A DNA stretch of 64,000 bases from Armatimonadota bacterium (lineage in GTDB: Bacteria; Armatimonadota; HRBIN16), in NCBI GenBank assembly GCA_963677485.1, contig OY781964.1, forward strand, positions 2,944,001-3,008,000, given 5' to 3'. The notes under the pieces were generated by a model. The model was not told the origin of the DNA, did no database searches, and saw only the letters and a program-made list of their open reading frames with translations. Position numbers and translations under genes: made by a program. Every line of letters starts with the position of its first letter. Positions within the stretch are counted from its first letter, which is position 1. Of this stretch, positions 1 to 9,997 are shown in pieces.

Positions 1-66
1 TAGGGGCGATTCGCGAATCGCCCTGGGTGGCGGTACCCCACGAAATCCCCTGGTCCAACGGTCACC

Positions 67-1431
67 CTACTCCACGCAGTCGATGCCGTCAAGCCCACCG
101 TCGGCGATCACTTTTTGATACCAGTATGCGCTCTTCTTCCAACTGCGTTTTTGAGTCGCGTAGTCCACTCCCAGCAAACCAAGCCTAGCTGTGAACCCAG
201 CACCCCATTCGAAGTTGTCAATCAGTGACCAAACCTGGTAACCGCGCACATCGACCCCCTCGCTCATCGCTTTATACAGCCAGCTTAAGAAGCCGGTGAG
301 GTATTCGATTCGCTCGTCGTCTTGAATCACACCGTTCTGGTCCACTGTATTCTGACCGTCTGGCGTGCCGTTCTCGGTAATGATGATGGGGATATCCAGG
401 TCGTAATCACGCTTGAGCATCATAATGGCATCGTAGATCGCCTTGGGGTAGAGCTCCGCGCCGTTGGTGAGGAAGTCATGCCCTTCGCGTTTCTTACGGT
501 CTGAGATCGCAGCATCCGGGTCGGCACTATCGAGCACGCGGTTGTATACATTCAGTCCAAAGTAGTCCATCTTTTCGCTGATGATGCGCATGTCGCCAGC
601 CTCAATATAGGGGGTGGTGCGCTGCTCTGCCATCTGCTGTTTGAGGTAGTCGGTGTAGTCACCGGTCAGAATGGGGTGAACGAACTGCCTGAAGGAGTTC
701 TCATCACCAGAGCGGGCCAGCTTGCGGTCCTCCTCGCAGTCGCGCAGGGGGTGGTGTTTCCATATATCAATCACGCAGCCGATCTCACCGCCGTCGGGAC
801 CATACTCGCGGAATGCTTGAATCGCTTTGCCGTGAGCTAATAGACAGTTGTGCACCGACTGCTTACCGGCTTTTTCGCTGCCCAGCCCGGGGGGTAAGCC
901 GGGGTGCGCGTGCCCGATGTAGATGGCAATGGGCTCGTTGAGCGGCGACCAGATATGCGCCCAGTCGCCGAGTGCTTCGTAGCAGACGCGTGCGTAGTCG
1001 GCGAACCAGTCTGCGATGTCGCGGTTCAGCCAGCCGCCGCGCGCATACAGTGCGAGGGGCAGGTCCCAGTGATACAGCGTGACGATAGGGGATATGCCCG
1101 CCTCACGAAGCTCCTGACACAGCCGCTTGTAGAAGTCGAGGCCTTTTTGATTCACCGCCCCGGTGCCATCGGGCATGACACGCGACCATGAGATAGAGAA
1201 TCGGTAGCTCTTCAGCCCCAACGCCTTCATCTGGGCGATGTCTTCCTTATATAAGTGGTAATGGTCGCAGGCCACATCACCGGTTGAACCGTCGGCTGTG
1301 CGGCCAGGTTCGTGTGAGAATGTGTCCCAGATGCTGGGCTTACGGCCGTCGACTTGTGCCGCGCCTTCTACCTGGTATGCGCTGGTGGCCACTCCCCACA
1401 GGAAGTTTTCTGGGAAAATCAGTTTGGGCAT
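67..1431 (-). CDS. GH1 beta-glucosidase
   Basis: FLWGVATSAYQVEG N-terminus, LNEP acid/base and ITENG nucleophile motifs, DNFEW. Confidence 0.95.
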   Translation of the reverse strand: MPKLIFPENFLWGVATSAYQVEGAAQVDGRKPSIWDTFSHEPGRTADGSTGDVACDHYHLYKEDIAQMKALGLKSYRFSISWSRVMPDGTGAVNQKGLDFYKRLCQELREAGISPIVTLYHWDLPLALYARGGWLNRDIADWFADYARVCYEALGDWAHIWSPLNEPIAIYIGHAHPGLPPGLGSEKAGKQSVHNCLLAHGKAIQAFREYGPDGGEIGCVIDIWKHHPLRDCEEDRKLARSGDENSFRQFVHPILTGDYTDYLKQQMAEQRTTPYIEAGDMRIISEKMDYFGLNVYNRVLDSADPDAAISDRKKREGHDFLTNGAELYPKAIYDAIMMLKRDYDLDIPIIITENGTPDGQNTVDQNGVIQDDERIEYLTGFLSWLYKAMSEGVDVRGYQVWSLIDNFEWGAGFTARLGLLGVDYATQKRSWKKSAYWYQKVIADGGLDGIDCVE

Positions 1432-1853
1432 ATCGAGTCTCCTTACGGTTTGTTTCTACTGGTTATTGTATACGCCTTCATGGTGGTTTCGCATGGGTGG
1501 CGGAGGGGAATCATAATCCACAGATTTCGCAGATTACGCAGACAAGGTAATCTTCGGCGCGGTCTGACGGATAACCTTACCCGTCGCCAAGGGGCTGCCC
1601 ACCCAGATTGCTGGTTGCCCGCCATCGTGCCGCGGGTGTAGTCACCCCGTGAACGGGGTTCCCTTACCGCGCGTCTAGATATTTGCAGCCCGCAAGCGGG
1701 CGCAGGGAGCCCTCCGCCCGCGCCCGCGGGAGCGAAGCGACGCGGGCAGCCATCTGATCAGCGACGGGTGATGGAGCCCCCTGGGGCGATGGAACCCGTC
1801 GACACGGACTGATCGCATATATCGCAGGTTGCCAGCAATCGTGCCGCGGGTTC

Positions 1854-3185
1854 CTACACCTCAAACATCATGCTGACGCCTTCGCCGGGCTGCAGTTCAA
1901 GCGCGATGCTGCGGTTCTTGACCGCGATATCCCGCGCAGTGCTGTCGCCGACAGGATACATCCGCTTTACGATGGCGTGCTTGGCGGCATGGTATTCGCG
2001 CGGCAGTTTCCAGGTGCGCTTGTCGCCTTTCTTGCTGAAGGCCATGATGGCTATCTGGTGACCATCGGCGCTGTTCATCCACGGAGCGGGCACGAACATG
2101 GTCTGACCATCCACATACAGCACACCATCGCGTTTGATGGTCAGATGGCCGTCACTGTGCTGCACGCTGCTGATGGTGCCGTTTTTCCATAGCACATCAT
2201 ACTTTTCGGCCGTCTGTTCGTGCTTCGTCGGATACGAGTTGTTCAAAAACTGCCAGGGCAGCGTTTTGAGGAAGAACTCCTCTGCGAAGAATGGAATCAT
2301 GCCCACGCCGAGATCCCGGTCCACCGAATGCCCCCAGGCGGCTTCATACAGACAACCACCTTCTGGGCGGTTGGGCTGCGGGAAAGTGGGTGCTGGGCCA
2401 AATCCATACCGGGCGTTCCACATAGAGCCGCCGCCGCAGATGGTGGTGGGTGGGTAGATAAGACGGCCGCGCTCTTCCAGATTGAAGTGATACACCATCG
2501 GCACCAAACCTGCGAGCTCTGGCTGGAAGTCCTCACAGGTGACATCTACGCCCTTGGAATTCCAATATCGGCACCAGTCGGCCATGGCTTTATACTCATC
2601 TTCGCGGGTGATACCGTGCTTGGGGTTGGGCACCGGAAGGAAGGCGTCCAGGTGTATTGTGCCGGATTCGCGGATGGGCAGGTATTTCATCAACTGGTCG
2701 ATGCGCCGCTGGGTCAAGCCGGCCTGCCACTCGCGCGGCTTGCTGATGTAGTAGCACTGTTCGCCGTCCCAGATGCCGCCCTTCAGCAGGCTGCCGTCAC
2801 TGTTCTTCACGATCAGGTCTTTATCGACATACTCCTGCCAGAGCGGGCTGTTTTCGTAGGCATCGGACATGTTGATATGGAAGCTGATCACCGTGTTGTA
2901 TTGCTTCGCCTGCTGCATCAGCCAGAGGATGCTGGCGTGTGCATCGGGGTCCTCCGCGCGTTTGAGTTTTCGGTTCGCCTCGAAGAAGGCTGGGTATTTG
3001 GAGTCATGGCCTTCATACTGCCAGCCCACGAGGTAGACGATCTGCTTGATTCCGCCGGTGATCTGCCAGAGCTGCCGGATGCTGTCCAGCGTCTGATCGA
3101 GTGTCATGTGTACCCCGCCGGATTTGGATGCGAGGAACGCCTTGTTGGTCATGCACTTATGGTATTGGTGAACAGGTTGTGGCAT
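1854..3185 (-). CDS. GH101/GH129-like endo-alpha-N-acetylgalactosaminidase-family protein
   Basis: YLVGWQYEGHDSKYP and SFHINMSDAY motifs; start moved from 3284 to ATG 3185, which has an AAGGAG RBS. Confidence 0.65.
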   Translation of the reverse strand: MPQPVHQYHKCMTNKAFLASKSGGVHMTLDQTLDSIRQLWQITGGIKQIVYLVGWQYEGHDSKYPAFFEANRKLKRAEDPDAHASILWLMQQAKQYNTVISFHINMSDAYENSPLWQEYVDKDLIVKNSDGSLLKGGIWDGEQCYYISKPREWQAGLTQRRIDQLMKYLPIRESGTIHLDAFLPVPNPKHGITREDEYKAMADWCRYWNSKGVDVTCEDFQPELAGLVPMVYHFNLEERGRLIYPPTTICGGGSMWNARYGFGPAPTFPQPNRPEGGCLYEAAWGHSVDRDLGVGMIPFFAEEFFLKTLPWQFLNNSYPTKHEQTAEKYDVLWKNGTISSVQHSDGHLTIKRDGVLYVDGQTMFVPAPWMNSADGHQIAIMAFSKKGDKRTWKLPREYHAAKHAIVKRMYPVGDSTARDIAVKNRSIALELQPGEGVSMMFEV

Positions 3186-4023
3186 CTTTCGGTCTCCTTG
3201 GGTTGAGTGTTGTTCTGAGCTTAGGTTCCGCGGGTGGGGTGGGTATTCCTGCGTATAGCCACGGAGGTTGGTGAGGTCATCCACAGATTACGCAGATTGC
3301 GCAGATGGCGGATTGATGGGGATCATTTCACGCGAAGAAGCGAAGACGCGAAGACGCGAAGGTGGGGACCGCGCTACATTCGTCCCTTCATCTAGCGGAG
3401 CTTGAAATAACAGTCGAAGAAAGGGGGCGTGACGGCCACCTCCCAGTGGGCTATGTCCGGGGCGGTCTATCGGTAAAACAGCGGATTCAGAAGGCTCAAG
3501 ACCGCGCCGGTCTGTTTCCCTGGCAGCTGTCGATTAGCACAAAGGGGATGTATATAAATCCACAGATTACGCGGATTACGCAGATGGCGCGTTTTTGGGT
3601 GCGGTCTAGCGGAGTGACAAAACCGTGGTTCAGGCAAGAAGCCGATGCAGCACGTCAACCCCGCGGCATGAATGCCACGGCTAATTGAACGAAAAGCCGG
3701 CTTGAAGCCGGCTAGGGAGGTACTTCCTTCCGGGCGTTTTTAGTGCAGGAGGCACGTCACCAAGGCAATCACCTTCTGGCCCAGGTTCGATGTCTCCACC
3801 TATTGGCCGGTCCCTAGAGATGGCCTCAAACGCCGTAAACGCAGCCTTGCTGCCGAACGCGGCCAATGACTGGTCTCGCGTGATCAAACAGCGGATGAAC
3901 GATGGCAAGTTAACTTATCAACTCATCACAACAGTCCTTGATGTGTGCCATTTGAATTTGCATTAAGCTTTCCTTTACGTTATGCTATATACTATTCATA
4001 TCCAAACCCTGCAGGTCAGTGAC

Positions 4024-5112
4024 ATGAGAAGAAAAATCATCGACATTTTGAAAGACACAATGGGTGGGCAAATTATACCGTGTAAGCCAATCAGTCTTGA
4101 TACTGATTGGAATATGGAAGTACAAGGCAGTAATGAGCGAGGTATTACCCAGGTATTTGAAGATAATGACAATATTAAGGCAAACCCTAAGAACCCTATT
4201 CAACTAGACCTCTCTAAATTATCAAGCTTCCAAAACACTTCATTTCGATATTTTCTAGATGGATCTAGAAAAACGTATCGTCTTGCTGATGTTAATTTCG
4301 AGGGGAATTACTATCCGCTTGTCGGTGGACAAATATGTGTTTCTGTAATAGAACGACTTGATGACGGCAGTTATAAACCTTGTCGCGACTATTGTTGCCG
4401 GAAGAAGCTGCTAGTCTTTCCGCATACCACAGACATCCATGACGTAAAGGTATGGCAAAAGAGCCTTTCTGACGAAAATGTGTCATTTACGGTTTTGCGA
4501 TGCACCAAACCTGTTGGTGATCAAAGACAGGATATCGTAGATAGTGCAATATCGAAAATCCATTCAGAAATGCATCAACTTGAGATCGATGCTGTATCGA
4601 ATATGACTAGAGATAATAAGTTATCTCAATTCAAGAAACTAGTGGTAGACGGTCCTTTGGAATTTACTAAAGGATTAGATAAGTTTCAGTTTCAGTTCGT
4701 TATCGGTCTTTCAAAGACATTTACAGCAAATAGCCGCATCGGACGGTCGGATGTTGGCAATATCACGGTAAATCTTGGTGAAGGTCATAGAACAGCCGTA
4801 TTCAAGGTTGATCACCCATCTGGTAAGATAGGATGCTGGTTCCTTAGAATACGTGACAAGAAGCATACTCAGATGCCACTACAGGGCGTAGTTAAAGTTG
4901 AGTGCTTTGCTGTGCAACCTGAAGATGAGGAAAATGGTATTAACTCAGGATATGTGGATACTATCTCCTACTCTTTACTACGAGAAAGAAACGTAACTCC
5001 ATATAAATCGGATGATAGATGGGCAAGTCATATATACCCCATCTATGTTGCAGAAAAATACGCAAAACTACTTTTTGAGAGCGACTTAGTGTTCCGTGCA
5101 GCATTTGCCTAG
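4024..5112 (+). CDS. NurA-like nuclease (RNase H-like fold)
   Basis: FLDGS, VVDGPL, IGLSK, WFLRIR and C-terminal H-x-YP-x3-AE motifs; directly upstream of HerA; start could be 3982 or 4024. Confidence 0.75.
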   Translation: MRRKIIDILKDTMGGQIIPCKPISLDTDWNMEVQGSNERGITQVFEDNDNIKANPKNPIQLDLSKLSSFQNTSFRYFLDGSRKTYRLADVNFEGNYYPLVGGQICVSVIERLDDGSYKPCRDYCCRKKLLVFPHTTDIHDVKVWQKSLSDENVSFTVLRCTKPVGDQRQDIVDSAISKIHSEMHQLEIDAVSNMTRDNKLSQFKKLVVDGPLEFTKGLDKFQFQFVIGLSKTFTANSRIGRSDVGNITVNLGEGHRTAVFKVDHPSGKIGCWFLRIRDKKHTQMPLQGVVKVECFAVQPEDEENGINSGYVDTISYSLLRERNVTPYKSDDRWASHIYPIYVAEKYAKLLFESDLVFRAAFA

Positions 5113-5115
5113 GAG

Positions 5116-6795
5116 ATGGATATGGAAACAATTGGAAAAATCAGTGCAACCGAACGCAATCCGACAACATGTAACGATATATCATTCTGGCTAAAACCAG
5201 GTGTGATGATCAGCCCTTTTGACATTGTTAAGGTACAGCATATGGGGAGAGCAGGTGGTACGAGTAATAGCTATGCCATCATTACGAGCCTGTCGCATAG
5301 TACAGACAGTCCCGCGCATCTTTCTAACTTCGTTTCTTCCGATTTTGGTGATGTGGATGTTATGCCCTTAAACCGACGGTTGGGAATAACCGTTGCTGAA
5401 GCCAATGTTCTATACAATGATGATGACGTTGAATTGCCAATAGAGGACGGACAACCTGTCGAGTGGGCTGACGAAGAGGGCATCCGCGAAGCATTAGGCT
5501 TGACACATATGGAACAGCCCATACCAGCCGGGTACATGTCATGTTCAGGCAGCGGAATTGATGTAAGGGTGGATGTTGATGGGCATTTCCTTCTAGGACC
5601 AGAAGGAGCCCATTTGAACATAAGTGGCATGTCCGGGCTGGCAACTAAGACATCGTATGCTATGTTTCTTTTACAATCGATCCAACAAACTACCGATGAT
5701 ACGGCCATTGTGTTGTTCAATGTGAAGGGGAGTGACCTTCTACACATTGACAAAACAAACGAAAATCTTACCGACTATGATGAGAAAAAGTGGAAGACAT
5801 GTGGGCTCAATCCATGTCCGTTTAAAAACGTAACTTACTATTTGCCATATGGCGATAACCCGAATTCTTATACACAGTCGAAAATGGATTCTAACCATTT
5901 ATCTGAGTGCGTTCAACAAAAAAGTGCTTTCAACTATATAGTTGACCCGACTAATGGACTGCAATCATTATCGATGTTATTTCACGACATAGAAGATCCT
6001 AATGCTACATTCGATAGTATCATTGCAGAATTACAGAATAATCAAAACGGGACCTTCAGTAGCTGGGACGATATATACAGCTATATAAATCAAAAGACTA
6101 GTAAAGGGTCAGGTAGTAGTGAAGCAGGTATACATATAGCTTCGTGGCGTCGGTTTCGGCGTTTAGTGACAACCCGAACATCCAACAGCATATTCACCAA
6201 TAAGCTCCAGAGTTATTCGGAGAAACGAAGGCAATTACCTATCGACGAAATAATCAATCATATACAACCGAATACTGTAACTGTGATAGATATAGAACCT
6301 CTGCCTGACTATTTACAGGCTGTAGTTGTCGGTACCATATTAAAGAAAATATACGATGCAAAAACGTGTAATACTGAGGATTATGCTGAAGATGAAACAC
6401 CTGCAAAGTTAGCTGGTGTGAAGAAAGTGGTTATCTTCGCTGACGAACTTAATAAATATGCACCGCAGCAAGGTGGTAATACGAAAACACTAACGCGAGT
6501 ACTACTTGATGTTGCTGAAAGAGGACGGTCTCTTGGGGTTGTGTTATTTGGTGCTGAACAATTCCGAAGCGGTGTTCACGAACGTGTGATTGGTAACTGT
6601 GGAACCCACGTATTTGGACGGACAAGCAGTGTAGAACTCAATAAATGCGCAGATTATAAGCATATGCCAGATGCATATAGGAATTCACTCTTACGGTTAA
6701 CTAAAGGTACATTGTTGCTACAACATGCGGTATTTAAGACGGGCGTAATTCGTATTCACTTCCCTAAACCTGCATATTATCAACCGAAAAACTAA
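5116..6795 (+). CDS. HerA/DUF87-family ATPase
   Basis: N-terminal HAS-barrel-like region, variant Walker A HLNISGMSGLATKTS, Walker B FADELNKYAP, arginine finger ERGRSLG, AEQF. Confidence 0.85.
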   Translation: MDMETIGKISATERNPTTCNDISFWLKPGVMISPFDIVKVQHMGRAGGTSNSYAIITSLSHSTDSPAHLSNFVSSDFGDVDVMPLNRRLGITVAEANVLYNDDDVELPIEDGQPVEWADEEGIREALGLTHMEQPIPAGYMSCSGSGIDVRVDVDGHFLLGPEGAHLNISGMSGLATKTSYAMFLLQSIQQTTDDTAIVLFNVKGSDLLHIDKTNENLTDYDEKKWKTCGLNPCPFKNVTYYLPYGDNPNSYTQSKMDSNHLSECVQQKSAFNYIVDPTNGLQSLSMLFHDIEDPNATFDSIIAELQNNQNGTFSSWDDIYSYINQKTSKGSGSSEAGIHIASWRRFRRLVTTRTSNSIFTNKLQSYSEKRRQLPIDEIINHIQPNTVTVIDIEPLPDYLQAVVVGTILKKIYDAKTCNTEDYAEDETPAKLAGVKKVVIFADELNKYAPQQGGNTKTLTRVLLDVAERGRSLGVVLFGAEQFRSGVHERVIGNCGTHVFGRTSSVELNKCADYKHMPDAYRNSLLRLTKGTLLLQHAVFKTGVIRIHFPKPAYYQPKN

Positions 6796-7278
6796 GGACA
6801 CGAAATTGGACAAACACCTCAATGTTGGAATCTATATCATTGAAATACTTACCCTGGGTATGTATCCTGATGAGCTAGCTGTAATCCGCGAGTACATACA
6901 AAATTCAACGGACTCGATAACTACTGCTATCGACCAAGGCATCCTTGGTGACAGCGAAGGCCGCGTAACTATCCATATGGATGATACGAAAAGATCAATA
7001 ACCATATCAGATAATGGTACGGGTATAAATCCAGAACTTGCCGTAGATATACTGACTTCTATAGGTGACTCAAATAAAGATGGGGAGAGCACTGCCGGAT
7101 TTAGAGGAATTGGACGGCTAGCGGGTATTGCCTATTGTGACCAGCTATCATTTAAGACCTCAAATCGTGGAAGCAATAAATATATCACGGTTCATTTTGA
7201 CTGTAAGACAATCCGGCATCTTATCAAGAACCATCGTATTACTAAGTCACACATTGATGATATGGTGAATTGTATTAG

Positions 7279-8934
7279 TATCTTACCAACCATATTTTGA
7301 ACACGGTGTATAGAATATTCTGATATTACGCACCACACAAAGCGTTAGGCACAACGATCTGGCGAATAGCAAGTGCTGCCATGATGATACGCTTGCCAAG
7401 TGCAGTGAGGTAGTATTTGTAGCGTTTACCGCATTTTTTAACGAGCCGGAATACTCGGCATCGCTTGATGAAGTATGATATCTGAGAGCTGGACATCTGC
7501 GGTAAGGCTTTTTGAAGCATACGGTTTGTGATCCCGCTGATGCATCCCTCTCCGCGAGCAAGTGCAATGAGACATTCCAAATCCTTCTTGAGGAAAAGGT
7601 TGAATCCTCGATACGAGCGATGATCACGGGTGGTCGAGGTCGCGATTTTGATGATCTGATGTTCACCATCGCTGTTGTCATCAAGGGCGGAAAGAAAGTC
7701 AAGATATCTGTTGTTTGCAGATAATAACAGTTCCCTCAATGGAGGAAGGCTGTAGATGGTCTTTTGCATAGGGGCGTATTTAATCTCAGTCGTCCCATCA
7801 TGATGTTCTACCTCACGGTAGTGTTTAAATTCAGAGACGTCATTCACAGTCGTCTCGATACGCAAGATTATCCCTTGCTTGTCATACATTTTGATAGAAG
7901 CCCATCCCATGTAGTGTTTGATGCGCGTGCCTTGTATGCGGCGATCGAACTTGTAGTCAGTGCCGATCTCAGCGAGTGTTCGCCCATCAAGTTTCTTACC
8001 AAGAAACATCGCGATAGACTCTGGCGTTACCGTATGTATCGCTGTTTTGACTAGATTATCGTAGATGGCTTTGAGGTCTTCGGCGCGTTTGAACACGATG
8101 TCTGTAGCATATTCCACCTGCATTAGCGACCAATGATATGAATTGTCAGCAAGCCGTATCACGGGGCAATACATTCTGGCAAATGCATCCAGCGCATGGT
8201 GCAGCTTATCAGCAGGAAAAGCGTCTGCCAGCCTCTGAGCACAGCTAAAGTCGTCGATTTTTACAAAGGCGTTGTCCAGTGGAGTGAAAACTACTCCCTC
8301 GGATTGAAGGCAATGCGCGAGATAATTGTGTCCATTACAATAGAATTGCAGACGGAAGGGCACCCAGGTCGGAACTCGTAGATAGCACAGTCCAAACTCT
8401 GCATCGATGAAATAGAAGTAGTAATGAAGACACTTGGTCTCCTTGATATTCAGCCGGGTTTTGTGGGTAATCTTGTCGTGCCACGGGGTGTATGCAGGAC
8501 ATTTTTCCAACACTGAGAATATGTGGACGAGACCGGGGTGACACCCTCGACTACTAATGATCTCTTTGATGCGGTCTTCTTTTCGAAATGAAGAGGCACG
8601 GCGTATATACTCAATTTCAATGCTGTTGGTAACGGCAAGGCGTTCCGCATTGGCTTTGATCTCATCTCGTAGAGGTTCGGCAAATTCCTTAGGAAAGTCA
8701 AATAGCCTGATGTTGCGTTGATGAAGATAGATGCCCATTCCGTCGCTATGACACCAGCCTGGGATTGTACCGGTGATAACTATGCGGTCGAAGCATGAAT
8801 ATACCCCAGCTATCTGCTTTGCATAGCGTTCTTGAAGTGATGTCATTCTGGGCAACCTCACGAAAGGGTGTTTGAATGTATATTACGTGGCGAATGCAAT
8901 CATTCCTTTTTTGGTTGCGGCTAAGCCGCCTTAG
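7279..8934 (-). mobile_element. 1,656-bp IS-like element, no TIRs, TTAG junctions, terminal hairpin
   Basis: TTAG at 7275-7278 and 8931-8934; hairpin GCGGC-TAA-GCCGC at 8917-8929; single antisense ORF fills the element; removal restores the host frame. Confidence 0.85.
7326..8846 (-). CDS. Putative transposase with Rep_trans-like motifs and C-terminal winged HTH
   Basis: QVEYATD, IKMYDK and LRIETT motifs; C-terminal wHTH-like segment (...KRYKYYLTALGKR); ATG 8846 with GAGG upstream (ORF track start 8861). Confidence 0.7.
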   Translation of the reverse strand: MTSLQERYAKQIAGVYSCFDRIVITGTIPGWCHSDGMGIYLHQRNIRLFDFPKEFAEPLRDEIKANAERLAVTNSIEIEYIRRASSFRKEDRIKEIISSRGCHPGLVHIFSVLEKCPAYTPWHDKITHKTRLNIKETKCLHYYFYFIDAEFGLCYLRVPTWVPFRLQFYCNGHNYLAHCLQSEGVVFTPLDNAFVKIDDFSCAQRLADAFPADKLHHALDAFARMYCPVIRLADNSYHWSLMQVEYATDIVFKRAEDLKAIYDNLVKTAIHTVTPESIAMFLGKKLDGRTLAEIGTDYKFDRRIQGTRIKHYMGWASIKMYDKQGIILRIETTVNDVSEFKHYREVEHHDGTTEIKYAPMQKTIYSLPPLRELLLSANNRYLDFLSALDDNSDGEHQIIKIATSTTRDHRSYRGFNLFLKKDLECLIALARGEGCISGITNRMLQKALPQMSSSQISYFIKRCRVFRLVKKCGKRYKYYLTALGKRIIMAALAIRQIVVPNALCGA

Positions 8935-9997
8935 GGTTGATGAAGGGAAAGAAGATTCTAATAACCACTATTTTGATGTGGTAATGACTGGTGTTGATAA
9001 TGAAGGCTTTTTCAATCTAGACAGCCTTATGAACTATATCGGAATTGTCGGTCCCGTACCTATGTCGGAGAAATTCGTATATTCCCAAAATTTGCATAGC
9101 GAGTTATTCAACGCATATCATATCAACGAATTCCAAATTGTTCTGAATGGAAATAGCTTTCAACGACAGATATATCGTGAATTCCGGACCGTATATGGGA
9201 TGAAAAGAGGTAAGGCACAAGGCTCCATATACGATATAGATGGTGTACTAGTAAACGTGGTAAGCATTGGTGACCATAGTAAGGTGGCCTATTGGCTTAG
9301 CGAATCCGATTTACGTGGTCAAATTTGTGATCAATATGCCGGACTACGCCTTAGGCACCACAATATCGCCATAGGTGATGTTGACACTTTAGAGACATTA
9401 TGGAAACAAATAATGTTAACTAATCCTTCCGATTCTAGATTTCTCAAGTACTTCATTGGTGATATACACATCATTAGCAATAACGTTGTTCCAAATGCTA
9501 GAAGAGATATGTTTGAAGATAATCAATGTTGGCGGGAGATAGTCGAAATAGCGATTAAACCGCTATTTGAGGACATAACTCGAAAAGTCAGGACTGCATC
9601 AAAAGAGCATGAAGACCCTGAAAAAAAAATAGAGAAGGAAGTGCGTGCGTTAATTGGGCAGGGAAGCGGGTTTTCGTCGCATAGTGCGGTGTTACCTGAC
9701 GACAAGAGGGATTATCTTAAACAAGTTGAGAAAGCAAAAGCAAAAGCAAAAGCTGTTCAAGATGAGAGAGAATTTCCAAACCCACGTATACAGATTGTGG
9801 TTGATGACCTAGACAAAGTTGCATCAACTGTTGCTGAAATAAAGGATCCCTACATCGGGCTAGATCGTAAGCTTCGTAAGGTTGTAGACAGAATTCTTAA
9901 GGCCCTGGGTGGTGTTTTGGATAGTGATAATTACGAACTGGCAAAAGGTGTTATACTTGACGAGTTGACGAACCCTAATGCAAAGGTTGATTTATAA

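Larger units (their letters stand above)
6806..9997 (+). pseudogene. MORC/GHKL (HATPase_c) ATPase interrupted by an insertion at 7279-8934
   Basis: N-half has REYIQNSTD, DNGTGI and GFRGIG; C-half has GLRLRHHNIAIGD and IGDIHI...VPNARRDMFE. Joining 7278 to 8935 reads C-I-R-V-D-E-G in frame (1536 nt, 511 aa). Confidence 0.85.

Noticed and set aside
2220-3206. Long antisense ORFs (also 15051-15704, 44109-44948, 52056-52865, 61078-62058)
   Set aside because: They overlap well-supported genes on the other strand, as is typical in GC-rich coding DNA, and have no motifs
3362-3908. Short ORFs left of the island, and similar ones at 31831-32446, 41030-41575 and 47424-48076
   Set aside because: Mostly translations of REP/MITE sequence; shared peptides such as YVRGGLSV come from the repeat
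7326-8846. IS91 or IS200-type HUH transposase, or a MarR regulator
   Set aside because: No convincing HUH plus catalytic Tyr arrangement; the wHTH is only the C-terminal part of a ~500-aa protein
7279-8934. Self-splicing intron, intein or IStron explaining the split gene
   Set aside because: The ORF is antisense and fills nearly the whole insert; there is no RT, LAGLIDADG or intein motif and no room for a ribozyme core
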